Below, piece after piece: positions 1 to 11,746 of a stretch of 64,000 bases of DNA. Source of the DNA: Zygnema circumcarinatum SAG 698-1b (Eukaryota > Plantae > Zygnematophyceae). A model generated the notes under the pieces. The model was given only the letters and a program-made list of their open reading frames with translations, was not told the DNA's origin and did not search any database. Position 1 is the stretch's first letter. Every line of letters starts with the position of its first letter. The stretch lies in assembly GCA_037447605.1 (NCBI GenBank), contig CM074805.1, positions 2,017,361 through 2,081,360 of the forward strand, given 5' to 3'. A program made the position numbers and the translations under genes.

Positions 1-156
1 TGAATGACAAGACCTCCCGCGGTAACAACCCGCCCCGCAGGTTCTAAATACGACCTCCCATAACCCACTGTTTTTACCATAAGCGGCAACCGATGTAAAA
101 CTCCAGGGGCCATACAACCCATGTATAGCGTTTCGCTACATTCCTCCCCACCTAAA
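1..156 (-). mobile_element. Start of a 3' LTR (1-140) plus polypurine tract (141-156) of a Gypsy chromovirus-type element
   Basis: Minus strand reads CTCGAGGACGAGCCCGGTTTAGGTGGGGAGGAA|TGTAGCGAAACGCTATACA. This is the same PPT-to-LTR junction seen at 30397-30426 (GGGGGGGAGTAA|TGTAGCGAAACGCTACA). Confidence 0.75.
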
Positions 157-659
157 CCGGGCTCGTCCTCGAGCTCACTCAAGGGTTTTCACGTGCAGCG
201 TTCAAGCTCCTTAAACACATGGACTACGGCCTTAGCCCCTTTGGCCACTAAGGAACGGGTTCCGTACCATGCTAAGAGATCACGGTTTTTTTAGGGTGGA
301 TTGCAAATACCGCCCTGGCCTACATCGTATNNNNNNNNNNNNNNNNNNNNNNNNNNNNNNNNNNNNNNNNNNNNNNNNNNNNNNNNNNNNNNNNNNNNNN
401 NNNNNNNNNNNNNNNNNNNNNNNNNNNNNNCGGAGACCGCTCAACCCAACTGTGTCCCCGAAGTCCCCGCCCCGCGAACGGCGCTTCCGACCGTTGCGCC
501 TGCTGCCGCTGCCTCTGCCGCGGCCACGTGGCAGCCTCTTGTCGTTGTCTTTGCGTTTTCCTGTCGCGTGTCTTGCTGCATTGCTCTGTTTTTGTTGTTT
601 GTGCTTCTTTTCGTTTTTTGTTTTTTGTTTTTGGTTGTTTTGCTGCTGTNNNNNNNNNN

Positions 660-2158
660 GCCCCTTGCAAACGATCCAGCAGATCATCTATCCGCGGTAA
701 AGCAAACCTGTTCTTTACCGTGATCTTATTGAGTGCTCGATAATCGATGCACATCCTCAAAGACCCATCCTTCTTACCGACGAAGAGGATGGGAGCTCCA
801 AAAGGGCTCTGGCTGGGTTCAATCCAGCCCTTATCTCGCAGATTAGCGAGTTGCTTTCGCATCTCCTCAGTCTCCTTCGGACTAAGCCTATAGATAGGCC
901 TCCAAGGAGGTTTCTGTTCTGGCTCAAGGGGTATGGTATGCCCCACCCCTCGGGCTGGAGGCAAACCCCTTGGCAGATCGTCTGGGAACACATCCTCAAA
1001 CGCCGTCAACAAAGGTTGAAACAAAGCTGGGACAGTAGGCATTGTCTCACCCGCAGTGGGTTGCCACTCCTGATCCTCGTCATGAGCATCCTCGGTTGCC
1101 GTCATGACTTGCACCATAAACAAGATGCTATTCGTTTTCAGGGCCCTGCCAATTTGCATGGCAGAGCACAGAAACGACAAAGATGACTGCAAAGAGGCCG
1201 GTCCAGAAGGACTGCCTGGTTGCAGCGTTATGCGTCTACCTTCACTGCGAAGGACGCAATTAGGGACAACAAAATCTAACTGAGCCCCCATAAGAGTCAG
1301 CCATTTGCTCCCCAAGATAAAGTCTGTCCCTGGGGCCAAAAATGTCAGCAAGCAGTTGACTACCCCAGAGTATGACTGAATCTTCAATTTCACGCTGACG
1401 CTGCCAGAAATCTGACCCGTGCGTCCATCCCCGAAAGTTACACTATCGGAATGAGGCTGGACTGCAAACCCTGCAGTCCTGACAAAGGCTGCACTAACAA
1501 AGTTAGCATCCGCGCCAGTGTCCAGCAGTACCACTGCTGAGTGCCCATCGGCCGAGCCTTGGAAGGTCATAGCACGATGAGCCAAGTGAAAAATGGACCG
1601 TAGCACATTGGGTGCGTGGGGGCGAGCAGTCCCCCACACAAGGGAATGAGGGGACTTCACCAGCGCGCTGGTGGGAGATCCCTGCATCCACCTAAGAAGG
1701 GGGAAGCCCTTCTTCCATAGCTTTACCATTCTCCACTCAGTCTGTGGATAAGCCCTTACTGCCACATGTTGTGGAAGTAAGACTCCCAGACTGAGCACAT
1801 GGTCCTTCGACCGCAACAAGCGCAAGGCATCAAATGCACACTGCACTAAGGCAGCACTGCCCATGGCATTCAAGATAACCACATGCCATTCATTCAGCAA
1901 GATAGCATTCGGAAATGCTGTTGGAGTCACAGACATAGAAGGTAGCAATGAATAATCAGCAGGGAATGCATCGCACACAAACAACAGATTCCCGCTGAAA
2001 ACTCCCCCAACCACTTTTAGAATGTCATTTGTCCTTGGGATACAACATTCTACACTAGTGATAGCAGCTAACAAGCTGCCCCCTCTACTGTCAAGCCCAC
2101 CAGCAGAGACTCCTAAGCTGCTGGTGGGGAGCCCTTTTCCGCCGGCCCCTTGCCCTTT
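660..2158 (-). mobile_element. pol: Gypsy family A (copy A1) pol 5' part: extra ~170-aa domain, aspartic protease and RT N-terminus, truncated by a gap
   Basis: Protease motif [15 protein letters not shown] start [24 protein letters not shown]...[47 protein letters not shown]. Confidence 0.95.
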
Positions 2159-2593
2159 CTATCCTTCTTGAAAGATGGGCAGTCGTAAGACCTATGCCCC
2201 ACCTTCTGGCAACGAAAACACTTGTTTTCCGCCCTCAAAGCCTCCATCTCCTGTGGAGCAAGTTTCGGCGTTGGCGGCCGTTGGAATTGCTGATGGTTAG
2301 AGGAAGGTGCCTTCCTCTTGCCGTTCCCTTTGGGACGACCGCCTGGCGCACCAGGTTTCCGCGGTTGGTCCACAATGTCCGCACGCGGGGGACGGGAAGG
2401 CCCTGCACCATCTGCAGGCACAGCGTCAGTTTGAACTGCAGCTGCAAACATCAGCTCATCATCCATAGGCCCCCAAGGTTCCAATGTACGAGGATTCAGC
2501 CGAAGCTGCTTCCGAACGTACGGCTTCAAGCCATGACTGAACCGGAAGAAGAATTCTTCGGGTCCAGGTGGGAACTTGGTAATTGAAGCCCAA
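2113..2593 (-). mobile_element. gag: Gypsy A1 gag C-terminus with CCHC zinc knuckle
   Basis: CFRCQKVGHRSYDC (CX2CX4HX4C). TAG stop at 2113-2115; the ORF runs into the gap at 2594. Confidence 0.9.
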
Positions 2594-2603
2594 NNNNNNN
2601 NNN

Positions 2604-5600
2604 CTTGGTGTATCTGTCCACGGCTAGGAAGACCCGAATGTAGCCAGAGGGGGTGCCGAGCTGGGGGATAGAAAAGGTGTCAATGTTCCAATCTTCGGCG
2701 ACGCCTCGTATGGGGATCTCACCCATCTCCAGGGGTTGGCGGTCGGGGGGAGCAGAGCGCTTGCCGCGTTGGCAACGGGTGCAGGTTTCGATGTAGCGGT
2801 TAACCGCGCCATGGAGGCCGGGCCAATAATAGCGCTCCTGCAGCAGGGCGACCATCTTCCTCTGGCCAAGGTGGAATCCGCCGGGCTGGGAATCGTGTGC
2901 GACGTCCAGAATCTCCATGCGTTCATTGGGGAAAGGAACAGGAAGGCCAGAGGGGAGGTACAGAATTTGTCCTTCATCATCAACAGAGAAATTCCGAGAG
3001 CGGCGGAGCAGCCGAGCCCTCTCGGTGTCCGTGATAAAAGGGGGCAATGTGCGGGTCATGACGTAGCGCAGAAGGGAGGAGTCTGAATGGACGTCATTGG
3101 CGCTGGGGAAATGGGGAGGAAGAAAGGGAGCTTCGTTATCGTCATCCACGAGGAGTTCCCACGGATCTGCATGGGGGTGGCCGTGGGTGAAGTCAGGGTC
3201 CTGCCAGCGATGGAGGGTGGTGGCCGTGGCCGGAATATCGATCAGCCCATCCGCGAATATGACATCATGTAAGTCTTGATCTGCAATGAAAATCTCAATG
3301 GGAAGGTGCTCAGGGTTCAAGAGGGTGGGTGGAGGGATGGGTTCAGGAACGGCCGGATCGTGACAGAGGAGGGGAGCCGAGGGATTGCGACTGAGGCCGT
3401 CAGCATTGCCGTGACTACGGCCGGGACGGTGAGTGACCTTAAGTACATTATACTCCTCCAACTTCATCACCCATTGTGCAAACTTAGGGCGTAGGGTAGC
3501 CATGATGTGCAGCCAGGTGAGGGGCATATGGTCAGTCCGGATGATAACGGGCTGGTAAGCCGTGAAGAGCTTGAACTCGAAAGCGCCCGTGAGGATAGCT
3601 TCTCGCGGCCCTTCACCCTCGCAGGGGCCAGATTTTGGTCTCGGCTCGAACAAACCCGCTACCATAATCGACCGGTGTTCCCCTATCCGAGAATGCTTGA
3701 TCGGCCACTACCCCCAAGCCTGTCCCACTCCAGTCAGCTGGCTCGGCCACGGTGTGGTGGGGTCGAATTGACTGATTGCCAAGGACAAGGAGGGGCACTC
3801 TTGAGCGCCCTCGGCAGCCGTGCATCTCCCGGCACGCCCATTCGTAGTGGACTCCGTGCTTCTCCAAGGCATGTAGGGGACGCGCGATGAGGGCATAACC
3901 CTTAATGAACCGGCGATAGAAGGAGGTGAGTCCCAAGAAAGACTTGAGCTGAGTGAGATTCTGTGGAATGGGCATAAGGTCATAATTGCTCTCAATTTTG
4001 TCAGAAAGTGATGGTTTCGTTATTGATGCCGAAGTTCTAGATGAGTGATCTCTCGTGGCCCCATTTGTAACTCTTGGGTGCAATCTCGTGACGCCAAGAC
4101 CGGATGAGTCGCTGCAGGACTTGGTCAATGTGTTGCAGGTGGGAGGACCAGTCCTTGCTGTGGAGAGAAGCATCATCCACGTAAGGTTCGCAGAAGGCAC
4201 GACAGGGGCCGAACACCTGGTTGGCCAGGCGCTGGTGAGTCTGGCTGGAATTCTTGAGCCCAAAGGGAAGCACCGTCCACTGCACGAAGCGCGTGGCTGT
4301 GCGAAGCCCTGTCTTGCAGCGATCGGCCTGTCGCAGAGGGATCTGCCAGAAGGATTTCTGCATGTCAAGTGCCGAGAACCACCGGTCATCAAGGGAGACG
4401 CTGCGGGAGAATCAGGTCCATGACCGTACGTATAAGGATCCCACTCTCGCTATGGTATCTGCCCGGAGTAGTCTCCATGTACGTAGTGTGCCGTCCGCTT
4501 TGGGGGCGTAACGGCCGCGCTGGCCCAAGGCCCCTTTCTCCGTGTTCCATCGCCGCAAAATTAATGCTCATCGACCGTTGCTCGACATCGGCCTTGCCGA
4601 GCCGCGAAAAGCGTAGGGAGTCATGGTCATCACGGGAGGTGCATCCCCCGTATCGATGTGGTGCTCTATCAGGTGGGTCTTGCCAATGTCGAGTGAATGT
4701 CGTGCGAAAACTAGATGATTTCGGCGCAGCACTTGGCGTAATTGTGAATGCTTGATCGGGTCTGAGAGGACTGCCGGCCCCAATCGCATCTGACCCTCTA
4801 TTTCCAGCCACTCCTCATCACTAATGGTCTCGTGGGGGGGAAAGCTGGGTGCTGCTATCACCGGCGGCAAAAGTTCTTCCGTCGGCGCATAGAGAGCTGG
4901 ACTCGTAGGAGCAAGAGGGGGAGTCTCGTCATCGGTATCAGAATTGGCCGACCCATAGGAAGAATGGGGGTTGCTGACCGCATGGTACATGGTGATCTCT
5001 GGGTAGGAGACCTGCGCCGTGGCGTGGCGTTTGGGGAAGGCGGAGGTGGCAAGGGACTCGAGGATGATGGGGAAGGAGAAGTCTGTCCCGCCAGCAGATA
5101 AGTGCAGCTGACACGTAGCAAAGTCGATTTGTGCTCCCATCGCAATGAGCCAATCTGAGCCCAGCAGGATAGAATAGTGCTCAGCGGCCGTGATGACCGC
5201 ATTCACCGTGGCTCCCATCTCGCCAAGGCTGATGATCACTTGGGCGCTGCCCAATCCTTCATGTAAACTCCCCTCAACCCCCACATATCGGGGGATGGGC
5301 TCAAGTGTCTTGTCCAACTTAACCCCTGCAGCCTTCATTACTGGCTTGGACAGAACTGTGCGCATAGCTCCTGTGTCGATCATGGCTTTGCTGGGATGAC
5401 CGTTTAGCCATACATTGACAATAATTCGCACGTTGGGTGTTGGGATCAGAGGGAGGATCTGAATCTGGCGAGGAGGATGGCGGGGAGAGCGAACTGGGTC
5501 CGGAGGAGGCGCCGTGGCCATGTGGTGTATGTCTGCCGGCGAGGGGATGTCCGGAGGAGGTGCCATGGTAACCGTGGGAGGCCGCAGGGTGGCCTCGGCA

Positions 5601-8600
5601 CTGTCGGCCAGCTTGCGAACTACGGCTGCAGCACCTGGAACCAGTTGCATCAACTGTGACAAGGTAATGCCGATCTTAGCCTTGTCTCCCATGAGTTGAT
5701 GAACCATTCGTTCAATCAGGATAGGCCATCTGCGGGGGTGGTCGCCGTGGCTGCTGCCCGGGTAGAAACGGCTGCCCGGAAAGGGCTTATGGGGGGTTAC
5801 GTGCATCTCTCTTCCGTCACCGGGTGCTCTCGGCTCGGCCAAGGCGCCACTGGCCGGGCTCCTCCTCATTGAGATCGTCAATTTCCTCCTCAGGCGTGGA
5901 TCCCAATGGATGACCCGTGGAAGGAGGGAGGACTGAAGTTCTCCGGACAGGGGTGGCGACCGGTGGAGCCGTGCCAGAGGAGCTGGCGCCGTTGACATCG
6001 GCAGGGAGGAATGGCAGGGGATGTGAATGAGGATCACTTTGGTTGACAGGGAGCCTGCGCAAGGCATTTGCAATCTCGGCAATCCGGGCTTGAGCACCCT
6101 CTTCAGAAGTGATGGGGGATTCGGACCAAGCCGGTTGTAATGCCGCGGCAATCTGGGCAGTGCGTGAGCGGGCAGCAGGATCGGGCTCAGCACCCAATGC
6201 GTTTGTCAGGGAAGGGGAGTCCATGGGGTGCAGGTGGATAGGCGGTCGTTGCAGGATGGTGTAAGCGGGTGAAGGAGGTGGAGGCGGGCGAAAGGGAGCC
6301 GGAGTTCTCGGTGGTGTGGGAGTAGCCGGGAGCATGTCCATGAAGGTGATCTCTGCAGGTGAGCTCCCTGCAGCTGCCTCTTTCCCTTTTCGGGCCTTCT
6401 CACTTGAGAGTCTCCGCATGCACACACGGGCATCATGTCCCGTGATCTGGCAGAAGGTGCAGGTCCATGGTCCGCAACGCAGCCGCGGATTATGATTCAG
6501 GCCGCAGTAAAGCATTGCACCGGAACTCCCCGCTTCCTCGCTATCCGGACGGCGACGGGTTCTGCGGGCCGGGTGCGCGATCGGAATAAGGGAGCCCATA
6601 TCCCGGACGAAAACACATCTGGTATGTGAGGATTCACCGCTGGCTCAATGGGATGCGCCGGATCATGAGGGTACGGGGAAAGGGGAAGGGGCTTGGTCGC
6701 GCTGGCTATAGCCAGAGGCTGCACCATAGGGGCTGCCCGGACGTCCTGAGCAGGGATGCCGGAGAAAGATGGCTTGTTCCGGTAGATGTAGTTTAGGGAT
6801 CATACAACCGCTGGATTCTCGCGGTTCTCGTGAACCGCTGGCAGAGCCCATCTTGTCGATCCAGAGCGCTCATGTAATGCGGTCGCATTACGTCGGTTGC
6901 CTCTCTTGGTCCTTTCCGACCGCCCTTCTTAAATAAAGCCCTGGGTGACCGCTGGTGGGTTGTCGCTACAGCCTCACCATCCAGGTGGAGATCCTTCTCA
7001 CTGGCGGCCTTGCGGAACCACCGAGAATCCTCGAAAGTCAGGCAAGTTCTCGACCGATGGCGCCATAAAGCATCGTAAATGCCTCGCTGAATTCGGAATA
7101 GGCCGCCATCATCAGAAGCACTCTATGTAAGCCCGGGTCTAGCACGCTGATTGATCCGGAATCTAGCGCTTGTCCGAAAAGCTTGCTTGAATGTGTCTCT
7201 TGTCATGCAAGGTTTACTCCATTATCCGCCTCTTTGTGCCAGTTTCGGGACAACTTCCAGTTGACGGCCTCTCCCCTTCCAAATAGCCCAAGGGCCAGCC
7301 TTGATCCATCAACCTCCTTCAGTTCCGCTTTGCGTACCGCTTCTTCCCTCAAGGTGTCTCACCATGCTTCTCGCGATCTCTCCTCGCTTTGCCGGTGAAG
7401 CCTCTTGTGATGATGCCCGCGGTAATCCTCTACCTCTACCTTTCGTGAATCATTGCACAGTTTGGTCATCATCTTCCATCTTGGCCGGGAACTCGATCTC
7501 ACTCGTGCTTCCTCTCAAGCAAAGCTGGTGCTAAAGTCGGAGGGTCCTTGCGACAAATGGCCCCTGCCCTGGCCTCCCTCGGGCCGCTGCCCGGGCTGCC
7601 GGATGGGTAAGCTGTAACCGGAGGTGAGGGTGTCTTCTCGGGGAATCCCTTTTGCTCGTCGAGACCGGCGGCCGCCGTGGCTGAAGTGACCCTGTGCGCA
7701 GTGCGTTATCCGACCGAAGCCCCGCGGGTTCTGCCTCTCGGTGGGGTCGCTGTGGAGACCTCAGTTCCTCAACGCACTCCTCTTCACGCACCGGGCGCGC
7801 CGCGGATGTAGCCGATCGGGCAGGCCGCGTTTGGATCATCCGGGCGCGTATATTGCCGAAGTTTGTGGCCATCATCACTTAGATGAGCGCCGCCGCACTT
7901 TCAATCGACTCGACCGCCAAGGTGCAAGCCGCATCGGGATAAGTGGGTTCTTCTTCGGTGATGCCTATCTTCAATCTCTCTCTCGACCGCTTCCTCGAAG
8001 CCCGAATCCGGCCCCTTGGATTTCGGACGCTTCGTCCTTTTGAGGTCCCAAGTCTCTTTAACTGATACTCATGAAGATTTGCTTGTCCCTCTTGCTGCTC
8101 TCTTCATCCATGGCGTTGTGACAATGGGTCATGTGGATCGCAGCCCCACGATCAAGGTAATGTGCGGATCCGCAAAACCTTCGCATACCAAGATAAGTGG
8201 GGCAGAGGAGACCGCCGAAGCAGTTGAAGCGTGCCAGACGGTTAAGGCGGCGCGGCTTCTCAAAACTAATGAAGGGTTGGGTTGGTTTTGTGGGTCTCCG
8301 GGCCTCACAGCATAGAGCCGTGGATCCGGGGATTACCTCGTGAGGTACGCTGCTAGCCGAAGATTTTAGGGATCCTGAAGATGTTCCCACTCGGGCGGCT
8401 GATCTCGATGCCAAAGAGCCCCTTCCTTGGGGCTCTCCTCCTCCCCGGCCCCTCCCTCGGCTAGTCTCTTAGTTAGGGCTTCTAGTTATCATTGGTCATT
8501 GGAGGGATGTATGATAGAACAAGACATTTGGTAGCTTGGCACAGTGACAAAGAAAGGAAAGCCAGACTCAACTTAGATAAAAGACTGTATCTTGGAAAAA

Positions 8601-9206
8601 GTCACCCCAGCCAGCGGTTGGTCAGACGCCATTACAATGAAAGGATCTTCCTCAATCGAACAAATCTTTTTATTCCGGCCTACCGGATGGGACGCTCTAA
8701 AATGCTATCGTTAGGGAAGAAGACTCTCTCTATCTATGGCATGTGGAACTCTCTCTCTCTCTCACACTTAGCAACTGTATCTGGAACTGAAGAGGAAGAA
8801 GAGAAGAACAAGACAACAAACCACACAAAGAAATACAAATACTTCAAGCCCAAAGACTAAAAAGACAAACTAGGCATCAATGCATATCCCACCCACTCTA
8901 ACTGTTATGCAATCTTGAGTCTTAGCAGTGACAGCCTCTGATTGGCCAACTGCCCACTGAGAGGCCTGACTGACTACGTGGAGCCTTCTGATCGGTCAAC
9001 AAATGACCATCGGCGGCACTTTGCGGCGCTTCCGAGTGCGCCTAGCTGGATGGTGTGCTGTCCCGTGGGCCGCCAACACCTGGCGCCGCCTTCTCGTATT
9101 TCCGGTCGGCACCCCTCGGACGCAGCCGTCCGCGACACTGAATATGAACACGTCAAGTACAACCCCAACGGCGCGGGATCCGCCGAACGCAGCCCGTGAC
9201 GCTACA
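2604..9206 (-). mobile_element. Gypsy family B (copy B1): 5' LTR, gag, protease, RT, RNase H and integrase N-part; frameshifted, 3' end lost at the gap
   Basis: Gag double knuckle ending CTFCQITGHDARVC; protease AMIDTGAMRTVLS; RT LPFGLKNSSQTHQR...PYVDD; RNase H IIRTDHMPLTWL...HRPGRSHGNADGLSR; integrase HHCC (AHD...HLG...CTRC) and IDTF...AVDRYTK. Confidence 0.95.
8191..9206 (-). repeat. 5' LTR of B1 (~1.0 kb) followed by a tRNA-iMet-like PBS (8179-8190)
   Basis: Minus strand starts TGTAGCGTCAC. It is homologous to 42832-43780 and, at its 3' end, to 25530-25706. It is followed by TGGTATG (TGGTATC in B2). Confidence 0.65.
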
Positions 9207-10409
9207 GCGCTGCGAAATGCGTCCGTCTGGTTCACCGTCTTCACCGGGTATATTGGTCATCGCGTACAGCCGTACGACCGTACGACCGTACATGTTGTAA
9301 AGGCGTTGTAAAGTATTATATAACAGCCGTTATTTAGTCGTCACAGTTATATAATATAATATAGATTAGGAAAATTCTATTCTCACACCTTTTTTGTCTA
9401 CACACAGACCTCTTTTCGCCGGGCAGATTTTAAAATAGACAAAAAAGGAACACACCTTTCACACCTTTTTTTTTTTCACATCTTTTTGGAATCGATACAC
9501 GCTACTACTGAGCGGCCGAGCGCCGTATCTTTTTGAAGTCGGGCAAGATTTTACTCCCTTATCATTTATTTTCAGAGAAAAGATATTCGGCCTCGCCCGG
9601 AATCCGCTTCGGAGGGTCTGTTCGCGTTACGAGATCAGCCCGGCGGATGGCCACGCTTCATACACGTCAATATTTCCGCCGTCGATATTTCTTATCAGAT
9701 CGTATACTTCCAGTAGATCACCGTTCGATCAGCAGCCGGAAGCTTTCTGTCCCATCAAACTCCAAGTCGGCTCCTCAAAGGACCGTAAGCGTACGTCTTC
9801 CGCAGCTCTGAGGAAAGTCAAAAACGTATTGAAAAGTTGAGGCCTGTACCATCATAAGCTCAAGCCACGTCCAAAAAATACGCGGCAGATGGTGATTGGT
9901 ACAAGCTCACAATGTAAGGAATTTAGACTTTCCTCGAAGCTACGACCGTACGAATAGTGTACGGACCTCAAGCCGGCTTGGGGCGGACACGTGGGCGTGT
10001 GCCATTCGCTGGGACCGAGCCCGGCTGCCGATCGAACGGCGATCTGCCGTGGTGTGATCGGCGCTAGAATCGACGGTGAATAGTTTCTGCACGTGTGAAG
10101 GACGGCCACCCGCGAACGATCTCGTGGCGGACGGATCTTTTGCTCCGAGAGGATTCGGGCAGGCCGATATTTTTTTCTCTGAAAAAAACAAGAAGGGGTA
10201 AAATCTGCCCGATGGAGAAAGGTGTGTCGATTTCAAAAAGGTGTGAAAATAAAGGTGAAAAAAAAAAAAGGTGAGAAGGTGTGAAAGGTGTGTTCTTTTT
10301 TTGTGCTATTCTAAAATCTGCCCGGCGAAAAGAGGCCTGTGTGTAGACAAAAAAGGTGTGAGAATAGAATTTTCCTATAGATTATATAGTCGTAATTAAG
10401 CCATCCCTA
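9207..10409. mobile_element. Right-end remnant of a hAT-like MITE, interrupted by the MULE MITE
   Basis: GCCATCCCTA at 10400-10409 is the reverse complement of TAGGGATGGC at 24729. Subterminal CGTACGAC motifs lie at ~9270-9290. Confidence 0.5.
9369..10375. mobile_element. Mutator-like non-autonomous element (MITE), 1007 bp
   Basis: ~130-bp TIRs GGAAAATTCTATTCTCACACCTTTTTTGTCTACACACAG... with a perfect 9-bp TSD TATAGATTA (9360-9368 and 10376-10384). Confidence 0.92.
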
Positions 10410-10675
10410 AAGACGACACTGTACCGCTTTACGGCCGGGCGAAAAGTCAGGCGGCGTAAAAAATTAAAATAAAACGAAAAAAAAAAAAAGGGAGAACTAT
10501 ATGCCACCCCCTTTTTTTGGTTATCCCGCCCTTGTTTTTTGAAATCCCACCCTCCCATTTTGGCTATTCTGCCCCGTGTTTTGGGATGTCCTCCCCCCCC
10601 ATTTTGGATATTCCCCCCCCCCCCCTCGTTTTTTTTTTTTTCACACATCAGCGCAACGTTCGTGAAGACATTCGG

Positions 10676-10859
10676 AGAGAGAGCCGAGCAAAGGAGAGAG
10701 AGAGAGAGAGAGAGAGAGCAGAGTGAGAGAGAGAGAGTATAGAGGAGAGAAAGAGCAAAGGAGTGAGAGCAGAGGAGAAAGAGACTAGAGGAGAGAGCAG
10801 AGAGAGCAAAGGAGAGAGAGAATGAGCAGAAGCGAGAGAGTAAAGGAGAGAGAGTAGAG

Positions 10860-10894
<35 letters not shown>

Positions 10895-10900
10895 GGAGCA
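10676..10900. repeat. Degenerate (GA)n microsatellite
   Basis: Direct reading of GA/GAG runs. Confidence 0.95.
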
Positions 10901-11477
10901 AGCAAGCAAGCCAGCCATTACATCATGACAGAGCTTCACACCCACCGAAAGGAAAAGGATAAAAAGAGAATAAAAAGTTCCTAAATATAGAAAAACTCGA
11001 CAAAGTGTCTACGCTGAGGAAAGAGAACCTCACAAGAGAGAGCGCATATTTTAAATATAGGAGAAATTGCGAACATTGAAATACCCTAATCACTTTGAAC
11101 CTGGCAGCTTATTCTTTGGATCTGATGTCAAGTCATAAAACGTTTTTATCATAAAGGAAAAACGTTGCTTTCGTTTTACTTAGGGCAATTTCTTATGTTG
11201 TGGCCTGCTTGCTCATCGCGAGTCTTATACTCAGTCATTTGTGTGGAGATTGCAAAACGATAAGAGGGGAGGGGAGGNNNNNNNNNNGGGAGGGGAGAGG
11301 ACGGGAGGGGAGGGCAGGGAAGGTGAGGGAAGGGGAGGAGGGGAGGGGGAGGGCACGGGAGGGAGGGGGAGGGCAGGGGAGGGTAGGGGAGGGGAGGGGA
11401 GGGGAGAGGTCGGGAGCGGCGGAAAGAAATATTCAAAACAGGGGGCGCTATCTCCTCCCGAAATAGCCAAAATAGGG

Positions 11478-11746
11478 GGAGTCAGACCTTGACCATCGCC
11501 CGCGGAATTGAAAGATTCCGCCGGCGGAAAGGTATTGATTTCGATTGAAGAATTCGGGTCGGAAACCGCGGCTCCCCCCGAACCTGTGTCCCGTCCGTAC
11601 TTCGAAATAGGTTACAAAAATGAGATACAGGCTCGGTGCCCGAGCCTGTCGAACGTCCACTTTTGGCGAAAAAGGCCTGCCGTACAATGCGGAATTGGCC
11701 CGACGGGCTCGCGGAATTGGTTTGGCGCTGGTCAAGGTCTGACTCC
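11478..11746. mobile_element. 269-bp TIR element nested in the right arm of the 10491-11809 element
   Basis: Perfect 18-bp inverted repeat GGAGTCAGACCTTGACCA (11478-11495) / TGGTCAAGGTCTGACTCC (11729-11746). Removing it restores the host TIR. No clear TSD. Confidence 0.7.

Noticed and set aside
5817-6193. B1 gag/pol overlap as a programmed frameshift
   Set aside because: No slippery heptamer or stimulatory stem was recognised, and B2 is too noisy to confirm.
9075-9090. TGGCGCC as a tRNA-Lys PBS
   Set aside because: It is on the wrong strand relative to B and lies inside the LTR.
10382-10945. Leu/Ser-rich membrane-like ORF (and similar ORFs at 45438-46245 and 55579-55938)
   Set aside because: These are translations of GA/CT microsatellites.
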